A stretch of DNA of 64,000 nucleotides from Myxococcota bacterium (lineage in GTDB: Bacteria > Myxococcota_A > UBA9160 > SMWR01), in the NCBI GenBank assembly GCA_039030075.1, contig JBCCEW010000009.1, positions 43,204-107,203 on the forward strand, in the 5' to 3' direction. Below are positions 27,005 to 36,860 of the stretch, piece by piece. The stretch's first letter is position 1. The number at the start of each line of letters is the position of its first letter. A model generated the notes under the pieces. The model was not told the DNA's origin. It did no database searches and saw nothing but the letters and a program-made list of their open reading frames with translations. The position numbers were made by a program, and so were the translations under genes.

Positions 27005-28462
27005 TCAGTGAGCGTCGTATTCGTGGAGGCCCACCGCCTCGTGGAGCTCGGCGTACTCGGCGAACTTCCCGGGGAACAGGAAGGGCGCCCGCCCTTCAGC
27101 GTTGCGGTAGTAGCTGTTGCAGCTCGCGTTGCCCCAGGAGTACCGGGGGAAGCGCTCGAGCAGCCAATCGTTGTAGGCGCGGTGCACGTCGGGCTTCACC
27201 GAGATCGCGCGGGCGCCGTTCGCCTGCTTCTGGCGGAGCAGCTCGACGATGCTCTGGATGTTGCGCTCGACGGTCACGAAGTACGGGACGTCGAGTACCA
27301 GCCCGTTCGGGCCGACGGCGAAGAAGTAGTTCGGGAAGCCCGGCGCGGCGATGCCCTTGTGGGCTTCCGGCGCCTTCTCCATCACGCCCGCGAGGCTCGC
27401 GCCGTCCCGACCCTCGACCGCGATGCGATCGAAGTCGAGGATGCGGTAGCCGGTGCAGTAGATGATCACGTCGGCATCGATCTCGCGGCCGCTCTGGGTC
27501 GTGATGCCCGTCGGTCGGACGGCGGCCAACCCTTCGGGCACCAGCTCCACGTGATCCTGGGTGAGGGCCGGATAGAAGTCGTCGGACACCAATCCGCGCT
27601 TGCAGGCGTAGCGGCTGTCGGGGGTGAGGGCGCGACGCAGCTCCGGATCTTCGATGGCCTTGTCGATGAAGCCCTGCGCGCGCTTCTCGAAGTCTTCCAT
27701 CCGCTTGTGGCCGAGCGTGGCGGCATCGTGCACGAAGCTCATCAGGAAGCGCTGGAAGCGCTGGGTGAGACGCATCAGCACCGGCGCCCGCCGGAACCAC
27801 TTCCGCTGGTTCTCCGAGTAGGGCTTGCGGCCGCGAGGCATGATCCAGTTCGCCGTCCGCTGGAGCACGGTCAGGTGTCCCGCCTGCTTCGCGATCTCGG
27901 GGACGATCTGGACGGCGCTGGCCGCAGACCCGACGACCACGATGCGCTTGCCGTCGATGGGGACGTCGTGGTTCCAGCGGGTGCCGTGGAACTGATCCCC
28001 TTCGAAGCTCTCGCGGCCGGGCACGTCGGGGTAGAGCGGTGTGTGCTGATTGCCCATCGCATTGATCACGACGTCGGCTTCGAAACGCTCCCCGGCCTCG
28101 CTCTCGAGTTCCCAGTGGCCGTTCGACTGGTAGCGACACGCCGCGATGCGGGTGTTCAACCGGACATGGGGCTCGAGCCCGAACTCACGCGCACACTGCT
28201 GGAGGTAGGCCTCGATCTCGGGCTGCTCCACGAAGCTCGCGCTCCAGTCCGGGTTCGGCCGGTAGGAGAAGGTGTAGGAGTGGGCCCAGACGTCGCACGC
28301 CAGGCCGGGGTAGGTGTGGATGTGCCAGGTGCCGCCGACGGCGTCGGTGGCCTCGTAGAGCGTGAAGTTCGTGAAGCCCTGAGCCAGCAGCTCGTGACCG
28401 GCGGCCAGCCCAGCGGGGCCGGCTCCGATGATGGCGATACGGAGCGACGCGTGATCGGACAA
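27005..28462 (-). CDS. Flavin-containing/Baeyer-Villiger-type monooxygenase
   Basis: TTG start. 'IAIIGAGPAGLAAG', 'GGTW', BVMO-like 'FEGDQFHGTRWN' and second Rossmann motif 'VVVGSAASAVQI'. Confidence 0.85.
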   Translation of the reverse strand: MSDHASLRIAIIGAGPAGLAAGHELLAQGFTNFTLYEATDAVGGTWHIHTYPGLACDVWAHSYTFSYRPNPDWSASFVEQPEIEAYLQQCAREFGLEPHVRLNTRIAACRYQSNGHWELESEAGERFEADVVINAMGNQHTPLYPDVPGRESFEGDQFHGTRWNHDVPIDGKRIVVVGSAASAVQIVPEIAKQAGHLTVLQRTANWIMPRGRKPYSENQRKWFRRAPVLMRLTQRFQRFLMSFVHDAATLGHKRMEDFEKRAQGFIDKAIEDPELRRALTPDSRYACKRGLVSDDFYPALTQDHVELVPEGLAAVRPTGITTQSGREIDADVIIYCTGYRILDFDRIAVEGRDGASLAGVMEKAPEAHKGIAAPGFPNYFFAVGPNGLVLDVPYFVTVERNIQSIVELLRQKQANGARAISVKPDVHRAYNDWLLERFPRYSWGNASCNSYYRNAEGRAPFLFPGKFAEYAELHEAVGLHEYDAH

Positions 28463-28493
28463 GATGGAATCCCTCGGTCGATTCTGCGCGCCG

Positions 28494-30239
28494 CTAGGCC
28501 GGCGCGCCCTGGGCGCCGCGGATCAGCTGCCCCGGCGTAGCGCCCGTCGGCTCGCCGTCGCGCATCACCTCGACGCCGGAGACGAATGTGGCGACGTAGC
28601 CGCGCGCGCGCTGCATCAGGCGACGACCGCCGGCGGGCAGGTCGGCCACGGCCTCGGGCAGTTCGAGATCGACCACGTCCAGGTCGATCAGGTTCAGGTC
28701 GGCCTTCATGCCGGGCGCGAGAAGCCCGCGGTCCTGCAAGCCGTAGAGCTCGGCGGTGTCGCGGGTCATGCGACGGATCGCGAACTCCACCGGGACACGC
28801 TCGCCGCGCGTCCGGTCGCGCACCCAGTGGCTCAGCATGAACGTGGGGATGCTGGCGTCGCAGATCAGCGCACAGTGCGCGCCGCCATCTCCCAACCCGA
28901 GCACGGCCCGGGGGTGGTGCATCATCTCGTAGATGTGATCGCAGTTGCGATCGCTGTAGTTGAGGATCGGCACCAGGAAGATCGCGCGGCCATCGTCCTC
29001 GAGCATCAGGTCGTAGAGGAGCTCGGCCGGGTCGCGTCCTTCGCGCTTCGCCCGGGCTTCGATGCTCTGGTCCGGGGACGGCTCGTAGTCGAGTGGGTTG
29101 CCCAGCGGGAAGAGCGAGGCGTACTGCTCCCAGATCATGTGGAAGCCGGGCTCGCCGACGATGTCCTCGCCCAGGATCTTCGCCTTCACCTCGGGGTCGC
29201 GCAGCTTCGCCACCCGCTCTTCGAAGGGCAGGTGCGCGATCGCCATGTAGCTGGGCTTCGCCGCGAGGGCGTGTCGCTCGGTTTGCAGCCCCATCAGCAT
29301 TCCGAAGGGACGCCCTGCGACCTGGGGATAGATCTCCGCCCCTTCTCCAGCGGCTTCGACCGAGAGATCGAGCAGCTCGCGCCAGAGGTTCGGAGCCGAA
29401 TCCACCTGGAGCATCGCGAAGGTCACCGGCCGCTGAATGTGGGCCGACAGCCGCCGCATCCAGTCGACTTCCTTCTTCGGAGCGGCGATGTCCTCGCCCG
29501 CCGCGCCCGCGCCCGCCACTTCGAAGATGCCCGTGCCCAGTTCGCCCAGCACCTTTCCGATGCCGAAGAGCTCGTCCTCGGCCGCGAAGGTGCCCGGTAC
29601 CGGCTCCCCGTCGAGGGCCCGGTGGGCGATCGTGCGCGACGTCGAGAAGCCGAGCGCGCCGGCGGCGACGCCTTCCTTCACGATGCGCGCCATCGCGGTG
29701 ATGTCTTCGGGCGTGGCCGGTTCGTTCTTCGCGCCGCGCTCGCCCATCACGTAGGCGCGCACTGCGCTGTGGGGCACCTGGGTGGCGACGTCCATCGCCA
29801 TCGGTGTGCGCTCGAGCGCGTCCAGGTACTCGGGGAAGGTCTCCCACTCCCACTCGATGCCCTCGGAGAGGGCGGCGCCCGGGATGTCCTCGACGCCTTC
29901 CATCAGCTGGATCAACCAATCGTGCTTGTCGGGATGCGCGGGCGCGAAGCCGACGCCGCAGTTGCCGACCACCGCAGTGGTGACGCCGTGGTAGCCCGAC
30001 GGGAGGAGATTCGGATCCCAGGTGATCTGGGCGTCGTAGTGGGTGTGGACATCGACGAAGCCCGGCGTGAGCGTTCGGCCCTCGGCGTCGATCTCGCGTG
30101 CGGCGGTTCCCGTCACGCTGCCGCGCGGGCCCACCGCGGCGATGCGGCCATCCTTGGCGGCGAGTTCGCCCTCGAAGGGCGGCGCCCCGCTGCCGTCGAC
30201 GATCATGGCGTTGCGGATGATGAGGTCGAAGTCGAGCAT
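28494..30239 (-). CDS. Amidohydrolase, N-acyl-D-amino-acid deacylase (D-aminoacylase) family
   Basis: AGGAG SD. 'DLIIRNAMIVDGSGAPPFEGELAAKDGRIAAVG' and 'GFVDVHTHYD' are typical of D-aminoacylase-like metallo-amidohydrolases. Confidence 0.85.
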   Translation of the reverse strand: MLDFDLIIRNAMIVDGSGAPPFEGELAAKDGRIAAVGPRGSVTGTAAREIDAEGRTLTPGFVDVHTHYDAQITWDPNLLPSGYHGVTTAVVGNCGVGFAPAHPDKHDWLIQLMEGVEDIPGAALSEGIEWEWETFPEYLDALERTPMAMDVATQVPHSAVRAYVMGERGAKNEPATPEDITAMARIVKEGVAAGALGFSTSRTIAHRALDGEPVPGTFAAEDELFGIGKVLGELGTGIFEVAGAGAAGEDIAAPKKEVDWMRRLSAHIQRPVTFAMLQVDSAPNLWRELLDLSVEAAGEGAEIYPQVAGRPFGMLMGLQTERHALAAKPSYMAIAHLPFEERVAKLRDPEVKAKILGEDIVGEPGFHMIWEQYASLFPLGNPLDYEPSPDQSIEARAKREGRDPAELLYDLMLEDDGRAIFLVPILNYSDRNCDHIYEMMHHPRAVLGLGDGGAHCALICDASIPTFMLSHWVRDRTRGERVPVEFAIRRMTRDTAELYGLQDRGLLAPGMKADLNLIDLDVVDLELPEAVADLPAGGRRLMQRARGYVATFVSGVEVMRDGEPTGATPGQLIRGAQGAPA

Positions 30240-30289
30240 GTCGATGGCTCCTGTGGCTTGCGAAAACGGGCTTCAGGGGTTTCGTTCGT

Positions 30290-30844
30290 TCAGGGGGTCC
30301 AGTTCGCGTGGGCCGAGCGCGCGGCGGCCAGGCGCTCGATCACGCGGTCGAGGGCGCGGCGGAGACGCTCGAGCTCGGCCTTCTCCGCATCGCCGAAGGC
30401 ACTCTCGAGGGCTTCCGCTTCGAGCTCGTGTCGACGCTCAGCGGTGCGATCTCCCTTGGCGGTGAGTCGGATCCGGACGCGGCGGCCATCCTCCGGGTCG
30501 GCGTCGCGTCGCACCAGCCCGCGACGCTCGAGTCGATCGAGGGTGCGGGTCATGCCGGCCCGGGTCTGCCACATGAGACGGGCGAGCTCGCCGGGGGTAT
30601 CGGCGACGCCACCGCGCAGAATTCCGATCACCTGTTCCTCGACCTGGGTCATGTCGAGTTCGGCGAGGGCGTCTTCGAGGAGCCCGCGGTGCAGGCCCGC
30701 GACGGCTGCGAGCCGACTGCTGAGGGCGATCAACCGGCTGTCACTGCCCGGGGCTGCCGCCGCGACACCGTGCTCGATGTCGTCGAGGTCCTGCTGGAGC
30801 TGTTGGGCGAAGTCGGGGGCGGGCAAGTCGGGCTCCTGGCGCAC
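30290..30844 (-). CDS. MarR family transcriptional regulator
   Basis: wHTH 'TPGELARLMWQTRAGMTRTLDRLERRGLVRRDADPEDGRRVRIRLTAKG'. GTG start 9 nt downstream of a dyad. Confidence 0.8.
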   Translation of the reverse strand: MRQEPDLPAPDFAQQLQQDLDDIEHGVAAAAPGSDSRLIALSSRLAAVAGLHRGLLEDALAELDMTQVEEQVIGILRGGVADTPGELARLMWQTRAGMTRTLDRLERRGLVRRDADPEDGRRVRIRLTAKGDRTAERRHELEAEALESAFGDAEKAELERLRRALDRVIERLAAARSAHANWTP

Positions 30845-30852
30845 ACCCAGGA

Positions 30853-30870
30853 TAGTTGCTCGCGCAACTA
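30853..30870. promoter_or_regulatory. Perfect 7-4-7 inverted repeat TAGTTGC-TCGC-GCAACTA; candidate MarR operator
   Basis: Read directly. Lies immediately upstream of the MarR start, between MarR and the co-oriented upstream 2-hydroxyacid dehydrogenase gene. Confidence 0.45.
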
Positions 30871-30889
30871 GTTTCCAGGGGTCTCGTTC

Positions 30890-31879
30890 CTACCCGCTTC
30901 CGTTTCCATCCTCCGTGTCGGACGCGCTGGCGGCTGCCTCGTTCACGAGGGGCGCCCCCTCGGTCCAGCGCGACAGGTTCTCGAGGAAGTGGGTCACCGC
31001 GTGGCGACGACTGGCCGGCGTGAAGCCCCCGTCGTGGGGGGTCACGAGCACGTTGGGGAGGTTCCACAGCGGGCTGGTCTCGGGCAGGGGCTCGGTCTCG
31101 AAGACGTCCAGGCCAGCGCCGGCGAGCTGCCCGCTCTGGAGCGCCTCGACGAGGGCGCTCTCGTCGATGAGCTCGCCTCGCCCGACATTCACGAGGCAGG
31201 CGCCGCGGGGCAGGCGTGCGAGGCGGTCGCGGCCGAGCAGCCCGCGCGTCTCGGGCGTGAGCGGGAGGGCCAGGGCGAGGAAGTCGGCTCCGGCGAGCGC
31301 TTCGTCCAGCCGCTCCAAGGGCCAGGTCGGGCAGGGTTCGTCTCCGCGCGGCGTGCGTCGCAGTCCGAGCGCCTTCATGCCGAGCGCCGTGCCCAGGCGC
31401 GCGATCTCCGCCCCGATCGGACCCATGCCGAGCACGACCAGGCGGGCGTCCTCGAGGTCGCGCACGCGCCTTCGCTCCCAACGCCGGGCACGCTGGGCGT
31501 CGAGCCGAGCGGGAAGCTCGCGGGCGAGGGCGAGCAAGAAGAGGGCACCGAGCTGGGCAACGGCCCGGGCGTTCGCACCGGAAGACGTGGTGACGCGGAC
31601 GCCGCGGTTCAGCAGCCCCTGGAAGAAGGGGTTGTCGACACCGGCGCTGAAGCTGTGGAGCCAACGGAGCTCGGGCGCGTTCGAAACCCAGCGCAGGAAG
31701 GGACCCATGTGGTCGGGGTAGAGATCGCCACTGAAGAATGCCGCTTCTACCGTCGCGAGGGCCTCGGCGTCGAGCTCGCCGCGTACCACCACCGGGACGA
31801 GGTCGGGCGCGCGCCGGGCCAGCGCATCGGCGCAGTCGCGCGCGACGAGCTCGGAGACCAGCAGTCCGCGTTGCTTCAA
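30890..31879 (-). CDS. D-isomer-specific 2-hydroxyacid dehydrogenase family protein
   Basis: TTG start at 31879 with AAGGAGA 6 nt upstream. 'LVVLGMGPIGAEIA', 'VNVGRGELID', 'GAGLDVFETEPLP' and 'VTPH'. The long ORF 30890..32152 is trimmed. Confidence 0.85.
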   Translation of the reverse strand: MKQRGLLVSELVARDCADALARRAPDLVPVVVRGELDAEALATVEAAFFSGDLYPDHMGPFLRWVSNAPELRWLHSFSAGVDNPFFQGLLNRGVRVTTSSGANARAVAQLGALFLLALARELPARLDAQRARRWERRRVRDLEDARLVVLGMGPIGAEIARLGTALGMKALGLRRTPRGDEPCPTWPLERLDEALAGADFLALALPLTPETRGLLGRDRLARLPRGACLVNVGRGELIDESALVEALQSGQLAGAGLDVFETEPLPETSPLWNLPNVLVTPHDGGFTPASRRHAVTHFLENLSRWTEGAPLVNEAAASASDTEDGNGSG

Positions 31880-32001
31880 TGTCGCTCTCCTTCGGGCGTA
31901 TACTGGGCGCTCCGTCGCTCCCAGATGCGTCGCACCCAGACGCGCCACTCCTCCAGACGCGCCGCGCTGGGTCCGGCGCGATGGGTCCAAAGGAGACCGC
32001 C

Positions 32002-32775
32002 ATGACCGAGCGCCGCGACCTGCCGACGATTCCCTCGCTGCGCGAAGCCGTGTCCGAAGCAGAGTGGCAGACGCGCGTCGATCTCGCCGCGTCCTACCGT
32101 CTGGTGGCGCGCGAGGGTTGGGACGATCTGCTCTCCACCCACATCTCGGCAAGGGTTCCCGAGGAGCCGCACCACTTCCTGATCAATCCCTACGGGCTGC
32201 TCTTCTCGCAGATCACGGCCTCGAGCTTGATCAAGGTCGACTACCAGGGGAACCGGCTCAGCGAATCGCCGTTTCCGCACAACCCCGCCGCGATCACGAT
32301 CCACGCCGCCGTCCTCGAAGCGCGCAGCGACGTCGCGTCGGTGCTGCACATGCATTCGATCGCCGGCACCGCGGTGTCGACCCTGCGCGAAGGGCTCCTG
32401 CCGATCAACCAGCGCGCGCTCTACTTCCAGGACGTGCTCGCCTACCACGACTACGAAGGACTCGCGCTCGACGACGCCGAGCGGGAGAGTCTGGTCCGCG
32501 ACCTGGGTGAATGCTGGGTGATGATCCTGCGCAACCACGGCACGCTCGCCTGTGGTCGCAGCGTCGCACAGGCCTACGTGAACGCCTTCTTCCTGGAGAA
32601 GGCCTGCCAGATGCAAGTGCAGACCCTCTCCTGTGGCGCGCCCCTGCAGCCGCTGCCGCCCGACGTGATCCGCAAGGTGCCCGAGCAGGCGAAGCACATG
32701 GCGCACTGGGGGCGCTTCGAGTGGCCCGCGCTCTGCGCGGCGCTCGACCGGGAAGATCCCTCTTACCGCGACTGA
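32002..32775 (+). CDS. Class II aldolase/adducin family protein
   Basis: AAGGAGA SD before ATG 32002. 'ISARV', the metal-binding 'VLHMHSIAGTAVS' and 'ILRNHGTLACG'. Confidence 0.85.
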   Translation: MTERRDLPTIPSLREAVSEAEWQTRVDLAASYRLVAREGWDDLLSTHISARVPEEPHHFLINPYGLLFSQITASSLIKVDYQGNRLSESPFPHNPAAITIHAAVLEARSDVASVLHMHSIAGTAVSTLREGLLPINQRALYFQDVLAYHDYEGLALDDAERESLVRDLGECWVMILRNHGTLACGRSVAQAYVNAFFLEKACQMQVQTLSCGAPLQPLPPDVIRKVPEQAKHMAHWGRFEWPALCAALDREDPSYRD

Positions 32776-32777
32776 CG

Positions 32778-34202
32778 ATGCGCCGACCCGAACGCTCCTC
32801 TCCGGCGATGCTCTCGGCGCTCGCGGCGACCCTGTTGTCCTGCGCCACACCGAGCGACGTGGCGCCGACAGCGGCCGATCCCGAGACCGCTCCCGCTGCG
32901 GCGAAGGAGCCGCCGGTCCCGACGCTGCGCGCGGACGACATCGACCCGGACATCTACTTCGACATCGACGACCCGAACGATCCCCACCGGCGCCTCTACG
33001 CGGAGTTCCGCGCACGCCGCGAACGCGACCTGGCGGATCCGAACCTGCCCGCACCGCCGGGCCGCTATCCGGCCGCCCACTTCACCCGTCAGTTCGGTTG
33101 GAGCTCCCTGTCGCGGGTGCTGCCGGGCGACTGGGGAGCCCTGCAGCGCGAGGACGCCGCCGGCGTAGCCGCCCTCGAAGCTTCGATGCGCGTGCGTCTC
33201 GCCTTCGATCACCCGGACATCAAGATCGTCCAGTGGATGCTCGGGCCGGGCGCAGCACTGCCGGCCCACGCCGGCGGCTCACCCGGCGTGTGGATCGTCG
33301 TGGGTGGCCGCGGCGAGATGACCGTCGAGGGGGTGACGCAAACCGCCACGCCGGGCACGACCGTCAAGCTGAACCCCTACGACGTGCGCCGGGCGGTGGC
33401 GACTGGGGACGAGCCCCTGCGCTGGCTCTGGATCCGCTGGGCGCCGGACGGCGATCAAGCCTTCATCGACGCGGGCTACTACCTCACCGGTGCGAACCAA
33501 CACGTGCAACCCACCGAGGCCACGATGCCTGCGGACTATGCGTTCTGGAATGCGCGCTACGAGACCGCTCCGGTCGCGTCGCCCGCGAGCCCCGCGGCGA
33601 CGGCGGCCGAGGGAAGCGTCTTCGCCGAGGCCGCGGTGCAGCTCGAAGAACGCCGCCGCGCGCTCGGGCCCGGGCGCGATCCCTATCCGGACGTCCCGCG
33701 TTTCCGAAACGAGAGCGAGGTCTCCTGGCTCACCGTCGAGACCCTCCGGTCGGGCGGCTTCTTCTTCTCGCGCGACATCGCGAGCCTGGGCCCGGTCGTG
33801 ACCCGGATGGCCGAGATCACCAAGCACAAGGCGATCTTCCGAGCGACCCGGGCCGATGGGCGCTGGGACTTCAACATTTCGCAGACGGCCTGGGGCCCGC
33901 GCTCCACGTATGTGGAGCACAGTCACCTGGTGCCCGAGTTCTACTACATCCTGAGCGGCCCGGTGATCTACGGCGTCGACGGGGAGCGCTACCGCGTGCA
34001 GCCGGGCGACATCCTCTTCAACAATCCCTATTCGCCCCATCTCGCCCAGGGGATCGTCAACGATCTGCCCTTCGACAACTTCGGCTCGACCTGGGCGCCG
34101 AACGGGGACCGCAGCGTATTCACGCGGCCCTTCTTCTGGGTGGAGCCGCTTCCCGAACAGCCCCCGACGTCGCGACTCGCGCGCGACGTCGCATTCCATT
34201 GA
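32778..34202 (+). CDS. Bicupin lipoprotein
   Basis: ATG 2 nt after the previous stop. Lipobox 'AATLLSC'. There are two cupin barrels. Only the C-terminal one keeps a metal motif ('VEHSHLVPEFYYILSG ... SPHLAQ'). Confidence 0.7.
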   Translation: MRRPERSSPAMLSALAATLLSCATPSDVAPTAADPETAPAAAKEPPVPTLRADDIDPDIYFDIDDPNDPHRRLYAEFRARRERDLADPNLPAPPGRYPAAHFTRQFGWSSLSRVLPGDWGALQREDAAGVAALEASMRVRLAFDHPDIKIVQWMLGPGAALPAHAGGSPGVWIVVGGRGEMTVEGVTQTATPGTTVKLNPYDVRRAVATGDEPLRWLWIRWAPDGDQAFIDAGYYLTGANQHVQPTEATMPADYAFWNARYETAPVASPASPAATAAEGSVFAEAAVQLEERRRALGPGRDPYPDVPRFRNESEVSWLTVETLRSGGFFFSRDIASLGPVVTRMAEITKHKAIFRATRADGRWDFNISQTAWGPRSTYVEHSHLVPEFYYILSGPVIYGVDGERYRVQPGDILFNNPYSPHLAQGIVNDLPFDNFGSTWAPNGDRSVFTRPFFWVEPLPEQPPTSRLARDVAFH

Positions 34203-34236
34203 CCCGCGCCCCGGCGCACCCTGCCTGGAGAAGACC

Positions 34237-34731
34237 ATGACCCCCGAAGACCTCGTCGACATCGAACGCATCAAGCAGCTCAAGTACAAGTACATGCGCT
34301 GCGTCGACCAGAAGCTCTGGAGCGAGCTGCCCGACTGTTTCACGCCCGACGCCCGCTGTGCCTACAGCGGCGGCAAGTACGCCTACGAAGGCCGCGACGC
34401 GATCTGCGAGTGGCTCTCGAAGTCGATGGGAGCCGAGACCTTCCACAGCAGCCATCGCGTGCACCATCCCGAGATCGAGCTCACCAGTCCGACGACCGCG
34501 AAGGGGGTCTGGGCCCTGGAGGACACGGTCATCGAAACGGGCTTCGAGATCACCATTCAGGGCGCGGCGTTCTACGAGGATCACTACGAGAAGATCGACG
34601 GCGTTTGGAAGATCACCTTCACCGGTTACCACCGGACCTTCGAACAGATCCAGTCGCGCAAGGATGTGCCCGGCCTGAAGCTGACGGCGAGCGCCTGGTC
34701 GACCGGCGGTCAGAGCAAGATCGACGCCTAG
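34237..34731 (+). CDS. SnoaL-like (NTF2 fold) protein, BaiE-like
   Basis: 'IERIKQLKYKYMRCVDQKLWSELPDCF' and 'YEDHYEKIDGVWKI' are typical of the SnoaL_4 family. Confidence 0.75.
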   Translation: MTPEDLVDIERIKQLKYKYMRCVDQKLWSELPDCFTPDARCAYSGGKYAYEGRDAICEWLSKSMGAETFHSSHRVHHPEIELTSPTTAKGVWALEDTVIETGFEITIQGAAFYEDHYEKIDGVWKITFTGYHRTFEQIQSRKDVPGLKLTASAWSTGGQSKIDA

Positions 34732-34743
34732 CGCACCGAGGGG

Positions 34744-34770
34744 GGCGGGGGCTGCCAGGCAACCCCCGCC
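34744..34770 (+). terminator. Possible intrinsic terminator after the SnoaL-like gene
   Basis: GGCGGGGG-(11 nt)-CCCCCGCC stem-loop 13 nt after the stop, followed by a moderately T-containing tail (tgcgttcggttcgtt). Confidence 0.35.
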
Positions 34771-34938
34771 TGCGTTCGGTTCGTTGCGTGGCCGCTCGAG
34801 AGCGGCGTCGCCGCCAGGCGACACGACGCTGCGTTCGACGGGGATGGGGCCGCGAAGCGCCGCCTGACGCGACCACCCTACGGGTCGGGCGTGACAACGC
34901 GATGGCGATTCGCGCCCGCTTCGGGAACGTTCGCGCGC

Positions 34939-36771
34939 TCAACGCGCGGCGGGCAGCTCGACCTCGAAGCACGCGCCTCCGCCCGGACGCGCGTAGACGC
35001 CAACGTTGCCGCCGAAGCTGGCCACGATCTGGTACGAGATGTAGAGGCCCAGGCCCGTGCCTTCGCCGACGGGCTTCGTGGTGAAGAACGGGTCGAAGAC
35101 TCGCGGACGCAGTTCGGGCGGGACGCCCGGGCCGTCGTCGAGGACCCGCACCCGGACCGACTCGCCGCGGCGCTCCGCCTCGACCCAGATCTTGCCTGCG
35201 CGTCCTGCGGCCTGGAGTGCGTTCACCAGCAGGTTCAGGAAGACCTGGCGCATCGGCCCGGCAGCCGCTTCGACCAGAAGGTCCCGGGTGACCTCGGTCG
35301 TGACCTCGGCGCTTCCCCGTCCCGACACCTTCGCGACGCGAACACACGCATCGAGGACCGCTGCAATGTCGCAACACGGCGCTTCTTCGGCGCCGCCGTG
35401 CGCGAAGTCGCGCATGTCGCGCACGATCGCAATGGTGCGCTCGACTCCTTCGGCGGACTCCTCGATCAGGGTTTCGAGCTCGCACAGCGCGTCGTGCTGC
35501 ATGTGGGAGGCATGCGCCGCCTTGTGCAACTCTTCGCTCCGGCTGCGCATCGACGCGAGGTTGGCGCGCACGAAGGCCATCGGATTGTTGATCTCGTGGG
35601 CGATGCCTGCCGCGAGCTGGCCGATCGAGTCCATCTTCTGGGCCTGCTCGAGCTGGCGTTGGAGCTGGGCGCGGTGGGTGATGTCGTCGGCGAGGACGAG
35701 TACGCCGGGCGATCCCTCGATGGCATCGTCCAGTCGCACGGCCGTCACCTGCCAGACGGCCTCGTCCCGTGGGCCCGCCGCGTGTCGATGCTCGACGCGG
35801 TGGGGGGCCTCGCTCTCGAGCGCTGCGGAGACCGTGTCGCCCAGACCCATCGCGACGAGCACCGGTTCGTCGAAGATGCGTCCTTCGCGGGGGGCGCCGA
35901 CGGTTTCGAGCATCTGGGCCATCTGCGGGTTGAGGGTGCCGATCGCACCCTCGGCATCGCACACCAACACGCCGAGTGGCGCGTGGAACAACACGTCGCG
36001 GTAGCGGCCCTCGCTCGCGGCGAGTTCGTGGCGTTCGCGATCCAGATGCGCCTCGAGCCGCTGCTCGACTCGGAGCTGTCGCTGCACCAGCAGGTAGCTC
36101 AGGCAGACGGCCACGAGCACTGGCCCGTACTCGGCCATTGCGGGGATCCGCAACCAACCGGCGGAGGTCAGGACGGCCGCGACTCCGAGCACCGCATACG
36201 CCACGAAGCCCACCCGCAACACCCGGCGCTCTCCTGCGTCGAGCCCCGCGTGACGACGCAGGCGTCGCGCGCCCCAGAGCGCCGCGCCGGCGATGTAGAC
36301 GCCGAGGAGCAGCGCGGGCGGACGTGCGTGGACCGAGAGGTGTTCGCGACCGAAGAAGTCGAGTCGTGTGGTGACCTCGGGTGACACGAACCAGGGAGTG
36401 GCCAGGATCGCCACCGCCCAGCCGACGCTGCCGACGGCAAGCCAGGTCTGGCTCCGCGAACTCGCCGTGTCCGGATGCAGGGCGCGCCCGAAGCCGATCA
36501 ACGCCCAGACGAGAAACGGCCCGGTCGCGAAACACAGCTTCCCCGCCAGAAGCGCGGCGGCAGGATCGGCCGTGGTGAGCTGGACGCCGCGGGCGGCGAC
36601 GAACCCACACGAGAGCACGGACCAGACCGCGATCCAGCAGTTGGCATCGCAAGCGCGGCGCGCCATCCACAGGTGCAGGGCACCCAACATGGCGGCAACG
36701 CCGAAGCAGAGCTGGAGCCAAGCGGCGCTGGAACCGAAGAAATCCGCGATGAGACCCACGTCACGACCCAT
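34939..36771 (-). CDS. Sensor histidine kinase with N-terminal multi-TM (7TM-type) sensor region and PAS domain
   Basis: About 7 hydrophobic helices, a PAS-like segment, H-box 'AAGIAHEINNPMAFVRANL', N/G boxes and 'GTGLGLYISYQIV'. Confidence 0.9.
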   Translation of the reverse strand: MGRDVGLIADFFGSSAAWLQLCFGVAAMLGALHLWMARRACDANCWIAVWSVLSCGFVAARGVQLTTADPAAALLAGKLCFATGPFLVWALIGFGRALHPDTASSRSQTWLAVGSVGWAVAILATPWFVSPEVTTRLDFFGREHLSVHARPPALLLGVYIAGAALWGARRLRRHAGLDAGERRVLRVGFVAYAVLGVAAVLTSAGWLRIPAMAEYGPVLVAVCLSYLLVQRQLRVEQRLEAHLDRERHELAASEGRYRDVLFHAPLGVLVCDAEGAIGTLNPQMAQMLETVGAPREGRIFDEPVLVAMGLGDTVSAALESEAPHRVEHRHAAGPRDEAVWQVTAVRLDDAIEGSPGVLVLADDITHRAQLQRQLEQAQKMDSIGQLAAGIAHEINNPMAFVRANLASMRSRSEELHKAAHASHMQHDALCELETLIEESAEGVERTIAIVRDMRDFAHGGAEEAPCCDIAAVLDACVRVAKVSGRGSAEVTTEVTRDLLVEAAAGPMRQVFLNLLVNALQAAGRAGKIWVEAERRGESVRVRVLDDGPGVPPELRPRVFDPFFTTKPVGEGTGLGLYISYQIVASFGGNVGVYARPGGGACFEVELPAAR

Positions 36772-36860
36772 CGGCCGAACCGCTTGCGCGATTCACCCGC
36801 TTTGGTTCCGCGGTTCACGGTGTTGCCAAAAGACAACGCCTGGCGGAGCCGCTGGCGCGT

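Noticed and set aside
28464-31721. 1085-aa plus-strand ORF spanning three minus-strand genes
   Set aside because: It runs antisense across the amidohydrolase, MarR and 2-hydroxyacid dehydrogenase genes. Its second half is an Ser/Arg/Pro-rich translation. The absence of stops is expected from GC3-rich genes on the other strand.
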